Notes under the pieces: generated by a model
The model's input: the letters and a program-made list of their open reading frames with translations, nothing else
Database searches by the model: none
What the model was told of the DNA's origin: nothing
NCBI GenBank assembly: GCA_963840225.1
Contig: CAWIYH010000005.1
Location: 85,750 to 149,749, forward strand
DNA from: an uncultured Acidobacteriota bacterium
GTDB lineage: Bacteria; Acidobacteriota; Vicinamibacteria; Vicinamibacterales; CAVVIG01
Length of the DNA stretch: 64,000 nt
Direction of reading: 5' to 3'
Program-made: the position numbers and the translations under genes
Shown: one piece after another, positions 41,471-51,996 of the stretch
Layout: every line of letters begins with the position of its first letter
How positions within the stretch are numbered: position 1 is the first letter of the stretch

Positions 41471-41833
41471 TTAGGGCTTGCCGGGCGGAGGGACGTCCTT
41501 GATGATGAAGACCTTTTCGCCGGGGCGGATGAGGCCCAGCTCGCCGCGCGCCACTTCCTCGATGGCGCTCGGATCCTCGCGCAGGCGGCGGGCCTCCTCC
41601 CGCAGCCGCGCGTTCTCGGCGCGCTCGCGGGCGATGCTGGCGGCCAGGCGATCGTAGTCGCGGCGGGCGCGCATCGTCGCAAGGAGCCCGCGATCGCCGA
41701 CCAGCGTGTTGACGACGATCAGCGCGGCAAAGAAGAGCAGTGACCAGCGGATGATGCGCCGCGTGCGCCCGCCGCCATCGCCGCTCGCCTTGTGGCGGCC
41801 CCGCGCCGTTCTGTCCGCCGCGTGCTTCGGCAC
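41471..41833 (-). CDS. ftsB: Septum formation initiator FtsB/DivIC
   Basis: Single TM, GDRG, coiled coil, IEEVARGELGLIRPGE. Confidence 0.88.
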   Translation of the reverse strand: MPKHAADRTARGRHKASGDGGGRTRRIIRWSLLFFAALIVVNTLVGDRGLLATMRARRDYDRLAASIARERAENARLREEARRLREDPSAIEEVARGELGLIRPGEKVFIIKDVPPPGKP

Positions 41834-41945
41834 CGCTCAAGACAGTACAACAAGCGGGCGGGAAGTACAAGCCGGAAGCGCGGCAGAGCTCCGAGCGCGG
41901 CCGTGCCGCCGTGTTGCCGGACGGGCGCCGCGGTGGAGGTGGAAC

Positions 41946-42278
41946 ATGGAGAGGGAGATGGTCGTCGTTCTCACGACGCTGCCGGCCGGCGATGGCGACG
42001 AGCCGGCACGCCTCGCCCGGACGCTCGTGGACGAGCGCCTCGCGGCCTGCGTCAACGTGCACGCGCCGATGAGCTCGATCTACCGATGGAACAACGCGGT
42101 CGAACGCGCCGAGGAGCGGCAGATCGTGATCAAGACGACCAGGGCTCGGCTCGCCGCGCTCGAGGATCGGATCCGGGCGCTGCACCCGTACGAGCTGCCG
42201 GAACTCCTCGTGTTGCCCGCCGCCGGCAGCGCCGCCTACACCGAATGGGTGGAGGAGGCAGTGGCGGGGAAGGGCTGA
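41946..42278 (+). CDS. cutA: Divalent-cation tolerance protein CutA
   Basis: LVDERLAACVN, SIYRW, HPYELPE. Confidence 0.93.
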   Translation: MEREMVVVLTTLPAGDGDEPARLARTLVDERLAACVNVHAPMSSIYRWNNAVERAEERQIVIKTTRARLAALEDRIRALHPYELPELLVLPAAGSAAYTEWVEEAVAGKG

Positions 42279-42297
42279 TCCGCGGCGGTCCGCCGGG

Positions 42298-42978
42298 TCA
42301 GTCTTCCGAGTGCCTCGTCTCTGGCGGCACTAGCGCGGCGCGATGCCGGCGTGCAACGAGCTCGACCGCCATCGGCAGGACCGACACGATGACGATGCCG
42401 ATGGTCACGAGCGAGAAGTTCTGCCTGACCACGGGCACGTTCCCGAAGAGCAGGCCACCGCCCAGGCAGAGCGTCACCCAGCCGACGGCGCCGACGAGAT
42501 TGTAGAAGCCGAATGCGGGAGGCGACATCTGCGCCGCCCCGGCGACGAAGGGCACGAACGTCCGGACGATGGGCACGAAGCGGCCCAGGATCACCGCCTT
42601 TCCTCCGTATTTCTCGAAGAAGACGTGCGCCCGGTCGAGGTGCTCCTGATTGAGCAGCCGATGCGACCATGCCGAGCGATCGGTCGCGGCGAAGACCCGC
42701 GGCCCCACGGCGCGGCCGATCGAGTAGTTCACCGCGTTGCCCGTGAAGGCCGCCAGCGCCACGAGCGCGAAGGCCAGCGCCGGATTCAGCGCGCCGGTGG
42801 CCGCCAGGGCTCCAGTCGCGAAGAGCAGCGAATCGCCCGGCAGGAACGGCGTGACGACGAAGCCGGTCTCCGAGAAGACGATCCCGAAGAGCAGCGCATA
42901 AATCCAGGTGCCGTACGCCTGGACGAAGTCGAGCAGGTGCCGGTCGGCGTGCAGGAAAAAGTCGAGCAGGTCGCCCAT
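42298..42978 (-). CDS. dedA: DedA family membrane protein
   Basis: FSETG...PFLPGDSLLF, GRFVPIVRTF. Confidence 0.93.
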   Translation of the reverse strand: MGDLLDFFLHADRHLLDFVQAYGTWIYALLFGIVFSETGFVVTPFLPGDSLLFATGALAATGALNPALAFALVALAAFTGNAVNYSIGRAVGPRVFAATDRSAWSHRLLNQEHLDRAHVFFEKYGGKAVILGRFVPIVRTFVPFVAGAAQMSPPAFGFYNLVGAVGWVTLCLGGGLLFGNVPVVRQNFSLVTIGIVIVSVLPMAVELVARRHRAALVPPETRHSED

Positions 42979-44153
42979 CAGACGCGATCGAGCGCCTGGG
43001 CGAGATCGTCCTGCAGGTCCTCGACGTCCTCGACGCCGGCGGAGATCCGGACCAGGCCGTCCGTGATACCGAGCGCCGCGCGGCGCTCAGCCGGCACCGA
43101 TGCATGCGTCATCGACGCCGGATGGGAGATGAGCGTCTCGACTCCGCCGAGGCTCTCGGCGAGGGCGTGCAGCCGCACGTGGTTCAGCAGCCGGCGCGCC
43201 GCCTCGAGCGACCCGAGCTCGAACGACAGCATGCCGCCAAATCCGCGCATCTGGCGCCTGGCCAGCTCGTGTTGCGGATGGCTCGGCAGCCCGGGGTAGA
43301 AGACCTTGCGGACCTTTGCGTGCCCGGACAGGTATTCGGCCAGGGCGAGCCCGTTGGCACTGTGCCGCTCCATGCGGAGCGGCAGCGTCTTGGTGCCGCG
43401 CAGGACCAGCCAGGAGTCCCACGGACTGAGGATCGCGCCTTCGGCGTTCTGCACGAACTTGAGCCACTCGGCATCGTCTTCGCGCGCGGCGACGACCACG
43501 CCCCCGACGCTGTCGCTGTGGCCGTTGAGGTACTTGGTCGTGCTGTGCGTGACCAGGTCGGCGCCCATCTCGAGCGGACGCTGGATGTACGGGCTGGCGA
43601 AGGTGTTGTCCACGACGAGCCGGATCCCGCGCCGGCGGGTCAGCTCGCCCGCCGCCCGCAGGTCCGTCAGCTTGAACATCGGGTTGGTCGGCGTCTCGAC
43701 GAACAGCATCCGCGTCGCGGGCGTGATCGCCCGTTCGACAGCATCGAGGTCGGAGGTGTCGACGTAGGAGAAGGCGAGCTGGTAGCGCGTCAGGACCTTG
43801 TCGAACAGCCGGAACGTCCCGCCGTATGTGTTGTCCGACACGATGACGTGGTCGCCCGACTTGAGCAGGGTTGCGATCGCGCGGATGGCCGCCATGCCCG
43901 AGGCGAAGGCGTAGGCCGCCCGGCCCGACTCGATGGCGGCCAGGTTGCCCTCGAGGGCCAGTCGGGTCGGATTCTGCGTCCGCCCGTACTCGAAGCCCTT
44001 GTGACGGCCGAGCTCTTCCTGGACGTAGGTCGAGGTCGCGTAGATGGGGGTGATGATGGCGCCGGTCGACGGGTCGGGCTCCTGCCCGGCATGCAGACAC
44101 AGCGTACTGAATCGCACCTTGGTCGTCAGCTTCACGATCCCGTTACGATACAT
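42978..44153 (-). CDS. metB: Cystathionine gamma-synthase/gamma-lyase (Cys/Met PLP enzyme)
   Basis: YGRTQNPTR, FASGMAA, ETPTNP, DNTFASP, HSTTKYLNGH, AESLGG. Confidence 0.9.
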   Translation of the reverse strand: MYRNGIVKLTTKVRFSTLCLHAGQEPDPSTGAIITPIYATSTYVQEELGRHKGFEYGRTQNPTRLALEGNLAAIESGRAAYAFASGMAAIRAIATLLKSGDHVIVSDNTYGGTFRLFDKVLTRYQLAFSYVDTSDLDAVERAITPATRMLFVETPTNPMFKLTDLRAAGELTRRRGIRLVVDNTFASPYIQRPLEMGADLVTHSTTKYLNGHSDSVGGVVVAAREDDAEWLKFVQNAEGAILSPWDSWLVLRGTKTLPLRMERHSANGLALAEYLSGHAKVRKVFYPGLPSHPQHELARRQMRGFGGMLSFELGSLEAARRLLNHVRLHALAESLGGVETLISHPASMTHASVPAERRAALGITDGLVRISAGVEDVEDLQDDLAQALDRV

Positions 44154-44179
44154 CTGTTAATATCGCGAAGTCCACGCTC

Positions 44180-46471
44180 ATGCCCGGTTCCCGCCCCCAC
44201 CGCACACGCGGTTCTCTGCCGCCGCCGGATCGTCCCGACGGCTTCCGGCACGCCCTGCTGCGGACGCTGCCGGGCCGCGCCATCGTCGTCGGGCTGGTGG
44301 TGCGCGTGGCGGTCTGGCTGATGGGCCTGGCCATCGGGGGCGTGCCGCCGTTCCTGAGCGTCGTGGACACCGTGGCCGCTCTCGCGATCGCGGCCGGCGC
44401 GGCGTACTTTCTCTTTCTCCTCGGAGTCCTGGCCAAGCGCCGGCTGTTGTGGCGGGTGCGTCGCAAGCTGATCCTGTCCTACATTTTCATCGGTTTCATC
44501 CCGGCAATTCTGATCGTCGCGTTCTTCCTGCTCTCCGGCCTGCTGCTCTTCTACAACTTCAGCTCGTACCTGGTGCAGACGCGGCTGCGGTCGCTCGGCG
44601 ATCAGGCGCGGTTTTTCGCCGAGAGCACCGCGCTCGAGATCCAGCGCGGCGGCGGCCGCGCGGTCGCCACGATCATCGCGCGCAAGCAGGCCAACGCGGC
44701 GACCGAGTACCCGGGCATGTCCATCGCGGTCGTGCCGGTCGCGCGCGACTGCACGGCGACAGGAGCCGGGCCGGCCGCCGGTCCGGACGCGGCGATGACC
44801 GCCGGGCCGTGGGCGCACATGGAAGCCCCGGCGCAGATCCCGTCGTGGATCGGGTGCACCGGCTGGTCCGGCCTGCTGGCCTACACCCATCCGGCCGCGC
44901 CGGGCGCGACGGAGCCCAACCCAATCGTGCTGGGCGGTCAGCGCGTCGCCATCCCGGGGAATCGACAGACCGAGATGCTCGTCCGCGCCGTGGCGTTCCC
45001 TGACTCGTCGCATCCCGGCTACGCGGTGGTGGTGGATCTGCTGGTCAGCGCGGCGCTCAAGGAGCAGCTGCGGCGCGAAACGGGCGTCGAGATGAGGAGC
45101 GTCAGCGCCGCGAGCACCGACCAGACCGTCAAGCCGCTGGAGGGGCGTGCCCCGGCCGGCTTCCAGGCGCCGTCGACCGGCGCCGGGAACACCGGCCCGC
45201 CCTCGGTGAGCTTTCTCGAGTTCCGCGACTGGCAGACCGGCAAGGCGGGGACGCTCGTCGTGTCGACGCAGCTCAGCATCGCGGACATCTACGATCGCAT
45301 CTCGGCCGTGCCGGGGATGAACAACCGCAACTTCGGCGAGGCGCTGCTGTTCGCCCTGCTCGTCGTGGTCGGCGGCCTGTTCCTCGTCATCGAAATCGTG
45401 GCGCTCGTCGCCGGGCTGGCGCTGGCGAGATCGATCACTGGTTCGGTCCACCAGCTGTTCACCGGCACGGAGCGCGTGCGCCAGGGCGACTTCACCCACA
45501 AGATTGCCGTCAAGGCCGAGGATCAGCTCGGCGAGCTGGCCGAGTCGTTCAACTCGATGACGGCGAGCATCGAGGACCTGCTGCGCCAGGCGGCCGAGAA
45601 GAAGCGGCTCGAGGAGGAGCTGCGGATCGCGCACGAGATCCAGATGTCGCTCCTGCCCCAGGGACGGCTGGAGATGGCCGGCCTGTCGGTCACCGCGCTC
45701 TGCGTGCCGGCGCGCGAGGTGGGCGGCGACTACTACGACTTCCTCCCGCTCGGCGAACACCGGCTCGGCATCCTGATCGCGGACGTATCGGGGAAGGGGA
45801 CGTCGGCGGCGCTCTACATGGCGGAGCTCAAGGGCCTCGTGCTGTCGCTCAGCCGGATTTACAGCTCCCCGCGCGAGCTGCTGATCATGGCGAACCGGAT
45901 CATCGCCGAGCACCTCGATGCCCGCAGCTTCATCACGATGACCTACGCCGTCCTCGATCTGCAGGAGCGGACGATGACCTACGCGCGGGCCGGCCACACC
46001 CCGCTCATCTTCGTGCCCGGACCGGGCTGGAGCGGCGACGGCGCGGCGGGCATGGACGGGGTCCCGCGCGCGAACGGCCGCACGGGCGCCGACCGCCGCG
46101 CGCGCATCCTCGCCCCCGACGGCCTCGTGCTCGGCCTGAAGATCGACAACGGCGAGATGTTCGAGCGCCTGCTGGAGGAGGACACGATCCCGCTCCACAC
46201 CGGCGACCTGTATCTGTTCTTCACCGACGGCATCTCCGAGGCGATGAACGATCGCGACGACTGCTTCGGAGAGACCCGGCTCGGCGCCATCGTCGAGGAG
46301 CACGCCCACCTGCCGGCCGACGAGCTGCGCGAACGGGTGCTGCGGGAGATCGAGGCGTTCGTCGGCGGGGCGCCCCAGCACGACGACATGACGATGATCC
46401 TGCTGAAGATCGAGGAGCTCGGCACGCCGGCCGGCCGGCCGTACGCCGAGGCCAGCCATCAAGTTGCCTGA
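44180..46471 (+). CDS. Membrane HAMP + SpoIIE/PP2C phosphatase (RsbU-like)
   Basis: TM helices, DQLGELAESFN, VGGDYYDF, ADVSGKG, FTDGISE, HDDMT. Confidence 0.92.
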   Translation: MPGSRPHRTRGSLPPPDRPDGFRHALLRTLPGRAIVVGLVVRVAVWLMGLAIGGVPPFLSVVDTVAALAIAAGAAYFLFLLGVLAKRRLLWRVRRKLILSYIFIGFIPAILIVAFFLLSGLLLFYNFSSYLVQTRLRSLGDQARFFAESTALEIQRGGGRAVATIIARKQANAATEYPGMSIAVVPVARDCTATGAGPAAGPDAAMTAGPWAHMEAPAQIPSWIGCTGWSGLLAYTHPAAPGATEPNPIVLGGQRVAIPGNRQTEMLVRAVAFPDSSHPGYAVVVDLLVSAALKEQLRRETGVEMRSVSAASTDQTVKPLEGRAPAGFQAPSTGAGNTGPPSVSFLEFRDWQTGKAGTLVVSTQLSIADIYDRISAVPGMNNRNFGEALLFALLVVVGGLFLVIEIVALVAGLALARSITGSVHQLFTGTERVRQGDFTHKIAVKAEDQLGELAESFNSMTASIEDLLRQAAEKKRLEEELRIAHEIQMSLLPQGRLEMAGLSVTALCVPAREVGGDYYDFLPLGEHRLGILIADVSGKGTSAALYMAELKGLVLSLSRIYSSPRELLIMANRIIAEHLDARSFITMTYAVLDLQERTMTYARAGHTPLIFVPGPGWSGDGAAGMDGVPRANGRTGADRRARILAPDGLVLGLKIDNGEMFERLLEEDTIPLHTGDLYLFFTDGISEAMNDRDDCFGETRLGAIVEEHAHLPADELRERVLREIEAFVGGAPQHDDMTMILLKIEELGTPAGRPYAEASHQVA

Positions 46472-47408
46472 TCTCGTCGTCATCTTCCGGACGCAGTCCG
46501 ACGTCGAGGCCAACATCGTGCGGGGTCTGCTCGAGACGCACGGCGTCCCGTCCGTGCTCTCATCCGACGTGCCGCACTCGGTCTTCCCGCTGACGGTCAG
46601 CACGCTCGGCGAGGTCCGGATCTCGGTGCACGCGTCGGACGTCGACGAAGCGCGGCGGATCATCGACAGCCACCGCACCGACCTCGACACGCAGAAGCTG
46701 GTCCGGCTGCGCGACGAGTTCGACTCGCTGCAGCGGGCGGTCGGCTACCGGTTCCGCGACCGCGGCCTCCTCGAGCATGCGATGACGCACACCTCACGCG
46801 CCAACGAGGACGTGTCCGGCGGCGTCCTCGACAACGAGTCGCTCGAGTTCCTCGGCGACGCGGTCCTCGGCTTCGTGATCGCCGACATCCTGTTCCGCGA
46901 GTTCCCGGACTTCGACGAAGGACAGAAGTCGAAGACGAAGGCGTCGCTCGTCTCGACGGCCACGCTCGCGCGGCAGGCCGACCGGCTCGATCTCGGCGAA
47001 CACCTGCTGCTCGGCCGCGGCGAGGAAAAGACCGGCGGCCGCCGCAAGCAGGCGCTGCTCGCCGACGGCTACGAAGCGCTGATCGCGGCGCTGTACCTCG
47101 ACGGAGGCATCGATCAGGCCCGCGCCTTCCTCGCGCGAGAGTTCGGCGACCTGATCGCCGGCATCCGCCGCCGCGGGACCGCGGGCGCCGACGACTACAA
47201 GTCGGCGCTCCAGGAGCACCTGCAGTCCCGGGACTACCCGCTGCCCGAGTACCGGCTGGCCGGCACCCTCGGGCCCGATCACCGCAAGCAGTTCCAGGTG
47301 GAAGTGGTGATTCGCGGCGAGGCGGTCGCCGAGGCGACCGGGGGAAGCAAGAAGGAAGCGGAACAGGAAGCCGCCCGCCTCGCGCTGGAGAAACTCAGAC
47401 AACTGTGA
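46464..47408 (+). CDS. rnc: Ribonuclease III with an N-terminal DUF2007-like domain
   Basis: NESLEFLGDAVL, ADGYEALIAALYLDGG, dsRBD DYKSALQE...SKKEAEQEAA; N-terminal EANIVRGLLETHGV...EARRII. Confidence 0.93.
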   Translation: MPDLVVIFRTQSDVEANIVRGLLETHGVPSVLSSDVPHSVFPLTVSTLGEVRISVHASDVDEARRIIDSHRTDLDTQKLVRLRDEFDSLQRAVGYRFRDRGLLEHAMTHTSRANEDVSGGVLDNESLEFLGDAVLGFVIADILFREFPDFDEGQKSKTKASLVSTATLARQADRLDLGEHLLLGRGEEKTGGRRKQALLADGYEALIAALYLDGGIDQARAFLAREFGDLIAGIRRRGTAGADDYKSALQEHLQSRDYPLPEYRLAGTLGPDHRKQFQVEVVIRGEAVAEATGGSKKEAEQEAARLALEKLRQL

Positions 47409-47432
47409 GGACTCGATTCTCGAATCCTCACA
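47404..47432. terminator. Hairpin between convergent rnc and ATPase genes
   Basis: TGTGAGGACTCGA-TTC-TCGAATCCTCACA, 12/13 paired. Confidence 0.5.
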
Positions 47433-47439
47433 TTCTGCC

Positions 47440-48582
47440 TCAGTCGATCTCGATCAGACCCGACGACGATCCGGCCATCGCATAGGCGTTCTCCTGGGGC
47501 GCGGGCGCCTGCCCCGGCGGGAGGCGCGGCAGCGCGTAGCGGTGGACTTCGCGCGCGATGTCGTCTTCGGTCGGCGCGGTCGGGCGGCAGTGCAGGCGCA
47601 CCCACACGCGCAGCAGCGGATCGGCGAAGCTGTAGCGCTTCTGGCGGGACGTGACCAGGTCGACGTCCTCGAGCCACGACAGGTAGTCCTTGGTCGAGCC
47701 GGGAGTGCGCTGCAGCCGCTGCGAGATTTCGGTCAGCGTCAGCCCTTCTTCCTCGCCGAGAATCTCGAGAATCGCCTTCAGCGCGCCGTAGCCGCGCGCC
47801 CGGTGCAGCCGCAGCTCGTACGAGAAGGCGCACTGGACGGCCAGGCGTCCGTCGCGGCCGAGCAGGGCGGCCAGGGCGCCGAGCGGGTCGGCGATGCCCG
47901 ACGGGCCGCTGCCGCGCATCGTGGCCAGCTCGTCGCCGAGCGCGCGGACGTACGACGGGCGGCCGTCGGCCAGCGCCTGGACGGTGCGGGCCAGGTACTC
48001 CGCGTCGTGGGCGTCGGCGGAGGCGGTCGACCCGCCGATCATGTCGAGCGTGTCCTCCGCGGTCAGTGACGGCATGGGGATGATCTCGAAGCGCGCCGAG
48101 CGGTCGCGCAGCAGCCGCAGCGTGCGCGCCGTGTAGCGGCTGGTCAAGACGAAGCGGTTGCCGCTCTCCGACAGCCCGTCGACCACCTCGTGGAGCACGC
48201 GGCGCAGCCCGGGGAAGCTCTCGAACGTGCGCAGCTCGAGGAACTCGTCGAGCACGAACGTCGCCGTCGCTTCGCTGCCCGTCCGGACGCGTCCGAAGAA
48301 CGACAGCGTCGCATCGAACGCCTGGCGCGCGCCCTGCACCCGCTGGTCGGTCGCCGGGAAGGGAGACGTGGACATCACCGCGCGCAGGAACCGCTCTGGC
48401 GTCGTCGCCGTCCGTTCGACGTCGATGTACTGGGCCATCCCGCGGCCGGCCCGGTCGTGAAGCTGGCGGGCGAGCACCGTGCGGCCCGAGCCGCACCCGC
48501 CGACGAGGACCGGAATCCGCGACGGCGATCCGTCGAACGCGGCCTGCACCCGGCGCAGCAGAGCGGAACGAGGGGTGATCAT
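47440..48582 (-). CDS. P-loop ATPase-like protein with a C-terminal winged-helix domain
   Basis: Variant Walker A GGCGSGRT, Walker B FVLDEF, w[13 protein letters not shown]...[11 protein letters not shown]...YSFADP. Confidence 0.8.
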   Translation of the reverse strand: MITPRSALLRRVQAAFDGSPSRIPVLVGGCGSGRTVLARQLHDRAGRGMAQYIDVERTATTPERFLRAVMSTSPFPATDQRVQGARQAFDATLSFFGRVRTGSEATATFVLDEFLELRTFESFPGLRRVLHEVVDGLSESGNRFVLTSRYTARTLRLLRDRSARFEIIPMPSLTAEDTLDMIGGSTASADAHDAEYLARTVQALADGRPSYVRALGDELATMRGSGPSGIADPLGALAALLGRDGRLAVQCAFSYELRLHRARGYGALKAILEILGEEEGLTLTEISQRLQRTPGSTKDYLSWLEDVDLVTSRQKRYSFADPLLRVWVRLHCRPTAPTEDDIAREVHRYALPRLPPGQAPAPQENAYAMAGSSSGLIEID

Positions 48583-50276
48583 GGACGCTCCTCCCGCATC
48601 GGGATCCGCAGGCCCGCCCGCGCGGCGGCGGCCTGCGCTTCAGGATAGCCCGCGTCGGCGTGTCGGATCACGCCGATTCCCGGATCGCACGTCAGCACGC
48701 GCTGCAGCTTCTCGTCGGCTTCCGCGGTGCCGTCGGCGACGATGACCATGCCGGCGTGGAGCGAGTAGCCGATGCCGACGCCGCCGCCGTGATGGACGGA
48801 GACCCAGGTCGCGCCGCACGACGTGTTGAGAAGCGCGTTCAGTACCGGCCAGTCGGCGATTGCATCGCTGCCGTCACGCATGCCTTCGGTCTCCCGATTC
48901 GGTGAGGCCACCGATCCCGCGTCCAGATGATCGCGACCGATGACGATGGGCGCCCGGATCGCGCCCTCCCGCACGAGCGCGTTGATGCGCAGGCCGAAGC
49001 GCGCGCGGTCGCCCAGCCCGAGCCAGAGAATCCGCGCCGGCAGCCCCTGGAACGCGATTCGCTCGCGCGCCAGCGTGAGCCAGCGGACGAGCGCCTCGTC
49101 CGGCTCGCTGCCGGGCCCGCGGCCGCCCGGGCGGCCGAACAGCTCGAGCGCCGCCTCGTCGGTCACGCGGATGTCCTCGGGATCGCCGGAGAGCGCCGCC
49201 CAGCGGAACGGGCCCTTGCCCTCGCAAAACAGCGGCCGGATGTAGGCCGGCACGAACCCCGGGATCTCGAAGGCGTCGGCGACGCCCGCCTTTTCCGCCT
49301 GCGCGCGGATATTGTTGCCGTAGTCGAAGGTGACCGCGCCGCGGGCGCGCAGCGCGAGCATGGCGCGCACGTGCGTGGCCATCGCCGCCATCGATCGCTC
49401 GATGTAGGCCGCCGGGTTGCTGCCGCGGAGCCGCAGCGCCTCCTCGAGGCTCATCCCGTTCGGCACGTAGCCGTTCAGCGCGTCGTGCGCCGAGGTCTGA
49501 TCGGTGAGGACGTCGGGCACGACGCCCCGTGCCACGAGCGCCGGCAGGACGTCGGCGGCGTTGCCGCGCAGTCCGACGGAGCGCGCGACGCGGTCGCGCG
49601 TCCAGCGGGTGGCCGTGTCGACGGCGTCATCGAGGCTGTCGGTCGCCTCGTCGAGGTAGCCGGTCGCGACCCGCCGCGCGATGCGCTGCGGGTCGACCTC
49701 GACCACCAGCGCGGCGGCGCCGTTCATGGTGGCGGCGAGTGGCTGGGCGCCGCCCATGCCGCCGAGTCCGGCGGTCACCACGAGCCGCCCGGCAAGCGAG
49801 CCGCCGAAGTGCTGGCGCGCGATGGCGGCGAGCGTCTCGTAGGTGCCCTGGACGATGCCCTGACTGCCGATGTAGATCCAGCTGCCGGCGGTCATCTGTC
49901 CGTACATCGTCAGGCCGCGATGCTCGAGATCGCGGAACGTGTCCCACGTCGCCCACGCCGGGACCAGCAGCGCGTTGGCGATGAGGACGCGCGGCGCCCA
50001 CGGATGCGTCCGGAAGACGCCGACCGGCTTGCCGGACTGCACGAGCAGCGTCTCATCGTGCTCGAGCGCGCGCAGCGCGGCGACGATCGCGTCGAAGGCG
50101 GGCCAGCTGCGCGCGGCGCGGCCCGACCCGCCGTACACGATGAGGTCGTCGGGTCGCTCCGCCACCTCGGGATCGAGGTTGTTCATGAGCATGCGCAACG
50201 CGGCTTCCTGCGGCCATCCCTTGCAGGTGATCGCGGTGCCGCGTGGAGCTCGAATGCTGCGGGTGGCGGTGGCCAT
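48579..50276 (-). CDS. hutU: Urocanate hydratase
   Basis: [46 protein letters not shown]. Confidence 0.97.
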   Translation of the reverse strand: MATATRSIRAPRGTAITCKGWPQEAALRMLMNNLDPEVAERPDDLIVYGGSGRAARSWPAFDAIVAALRALEHDETLLVQSGKPVGVFRTHPWAPRVLIANALLVPAWATWDTFRDLEHRGLTMYGQMTAGSWIYIGSQGIVQGTYETLAAIARQHFGGSLAGRLVVTAGLGGMGGAQPLAATMNGAAALVVEVDPQRIARRVATGYLDEATDSLDDAVDTATRWTRDRVARSVGLRGNAADVLPALVARGVVPDVLTDQTSAHDALNGYVPNGMSLEEALRLRGSNPAAYIERSMAAMATHVRAMLALRARGAVTFDYGNNIRAQAEKAGVADAFEIPGFVPAYIRPLFCEGKGPFRWAALSGDPEDIRVTDEAALELFGRPGGRGPGSEPDEALVRWLTLARERIAFQGLPARILWLGLGDRARFGLRINALVREGAIRAPIVIGRDHLDAGSVASPNRETEGMRDGSDAIADWPVLNALLNTSCGATWVSVHHGGGVGIGYSLHAGMVIVADGTAEADEKLQRVLTCDPGIGVIRHADAGYPEAQAAAARAGLRIPMREERP

Positions 50277-50369
50277 TCTTCTCGAACGCCGGACCTGATG
50301 CGGACGCGCGCGGCGCGTCCGCGAAAGATTAGACCTTAAGAAGCGACGCGAATGTTGTCAATTTGAAAA

Positions 50370-50383
50370 TGAAAAATTTTTCA
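50370..50383. promoter_or_regulatory. Perfect 14-bp AT-rich palindrome between hutH and hutU
   Basis: TGAAAAATTTTTCA in an AT-rich patch. Confidence 0.4.
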
Positions 50384-51967
50384 CTTGACTCTCACGCCGC
50401 ACGCGTTCTCGATCGCGCTCGTCGCGATCAGTTTGGTGATCGCGGCGATGTCGGGCGCCGGCGAGCGGTCCTCGTCGAGCGTCGGCACGCGCGATCGCAC
50501 CAGCGCGTGCACGCGCGCGAGCGGGGCCGACGTCTCGAGCGGGGCCAGCAGGTCGATCGCCTGGCACGCGCACAGCAGTTCGACGGCGACGACCTCGCGC
50601 ACGCGCGCGACCACGGCCGCCGCCTTGAGCGCCGCCGTCATGCTCATACTGACGTGGTCTTCCTTGTTGGCCGACGTCGGGATCGTGTCGACCCCGGCCG
50701 GGTGCGCCAGGCTCTTCAGCTCGGATGCGACGGCGGCGGCCGTCACCTGCGCCAGCATCAGGCCGGACCGCAGGCCGCCGTCGCGCGTCAAGAACGCCGG
50801 CAGGCCGCTCAGGGTCGGATCGACCAGGCGATCGGTCCGCCGCTCGCTGATCGTCGCCAGCGGCACCAGCGCCGCCGCGACGAGGTCGGCCGCCATCGCG
50901 ATCGGCTGCCCGTGGAAGTTGCCGCCCGACACGATGTCGCCGGTCTCGGCGAACACCATCGGGTTGTCGGTCGCCGCGTTCGCCTCGACCTCGGCGATTC
51001 CGCGCGCGAAGCGGAGCGCTTCGCGCGCCGAGCCGTGCACCTGCGGCGCGCACCGCAGGGAATAGGCGTCCTGGACGCGGCCGCAGTTGGCGTGCGAGGC
51101 GTTGATGCCGCTGCCCTTGATGAGGCGCTCGAGGTTGGAGGCCGACGCCATCTGGCCCGCGAACGGCCGCGGCTCGTGCAGCCGGGCCTCGAAGGGGTGG
51201 TAGGAGCCGCGCAGCGCGTCAATCGACAGCGCCGCGACCACGTCCGCGGCGCGCGCCACCCGCTCGGCGTCGAGGATGGCGAGCGCGAGCACGGCGGTCG
51301 ACACCTGCGTGCCGTTGATGAGCGCGAGGCCTTCCTTGGGCCCGAGCGCGAGCGGCGCCAGCCCGGCGCGCGTCAGCGCGTCGCGTCCGGGGACGACGCG
51401 TCCCCGGCCTGCCGCGCCGTCGCCATGCGCGACCTCTCGCGGCTCCCGATCCCCGCCCGGCCGACCGCGATCCTGGTCCACGGTGGCCCACCCTTCCCCG
51501 ACCAGCACCAGCGCGAGGTGCGCGAGCGGCGCCAGGTCGCCGCTCGCGCCGACCGAGCCGCGCGACGGCACCACCGGGTGCACGCGCCGGTTCAAGAGTG
51601 CGATGAGCGCGTCGAGCGTCTCGGCACGGATCCCCGAGAAGCCCTTGGCCAGGACGTTGGCCCGTAGCGCCATCGCCGCGCGCACGTCGCGTACGGCCAG
51701 CGGATCGCCGACCCCCGCCGCGTGGCTGCGGAGCAGGTTCAGCTGCAGCGCGTCGAGCGCCTCGGGCGCAATCTTCACCTCGGCAAAGGAGCCGAAGCCG
51801 GTGTTGATGCCGTAGACCGGCGCGTCGCCGTGCGCATGACGATCGACCACGGCGCGCGCGGCGCGTACGCGCTCGCGCGCCGGGGGCGCCACGTCGACCG
51901 GTACGCCCTCGTCGGCGATGGCCGACAGCTGTTCGAGTGTGAGCGAGTGGCCGTCGAGGAGAATCAT
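50381..51967 (-). CDS. hutH: Histidine ammonia-lyase
   Basis: YGINTGFG, GSVGASGDLAPL (MIO), KEGLALINGT, QDAYSLRC, SGGNFHG. Confidence 0.96.
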   Translation of the reverse strand: MILLDGHSLTLEQLSAIADEGVPVDVAPPARERVRAARAVVDRHAHGDAPVYGINTGFGSFAEVKIAPEALDALQLNLLRSHAAGVGDPLAVRDVRAAMALRANVLAKGFSGIRAETLDALIALLNRRVHPVVPSRGSVGASGDLAPLAHLALVLVGEGWATVDQDRGRPGGDREPREVAHGDGAAGRGRVVPGRDALTRAGLAPLALGPKEGLALINGTQVSTAVLALAILDAERVARAADVVAALSIDALRGSYHPFEARLHEPRPFAGQMASASNLERLIKGSGINASHANCGRVQDAYSLRCAPQVHGSAREALRFARGIAEVEANAATDNPMVFAETGDIVSGGNFHGQPIAMAADLVAAALVPLATISERRTDRLVDPTLSGLPAFLTRDGGLRSGLMLAQVTAAAVASELKSLAHPAGVDTIPTSANKEDHVSMSMTAALKAAAVVARVREVVAVELLCACQAIDLLAPLETSAPLARVHALVRSRVPTLDEDRSPAPDIAAITKLIATSAIENACGVRVK

Positions 51968-51996
51968 GGGATGTCGGGTAGAATCTTAGTCCGACT

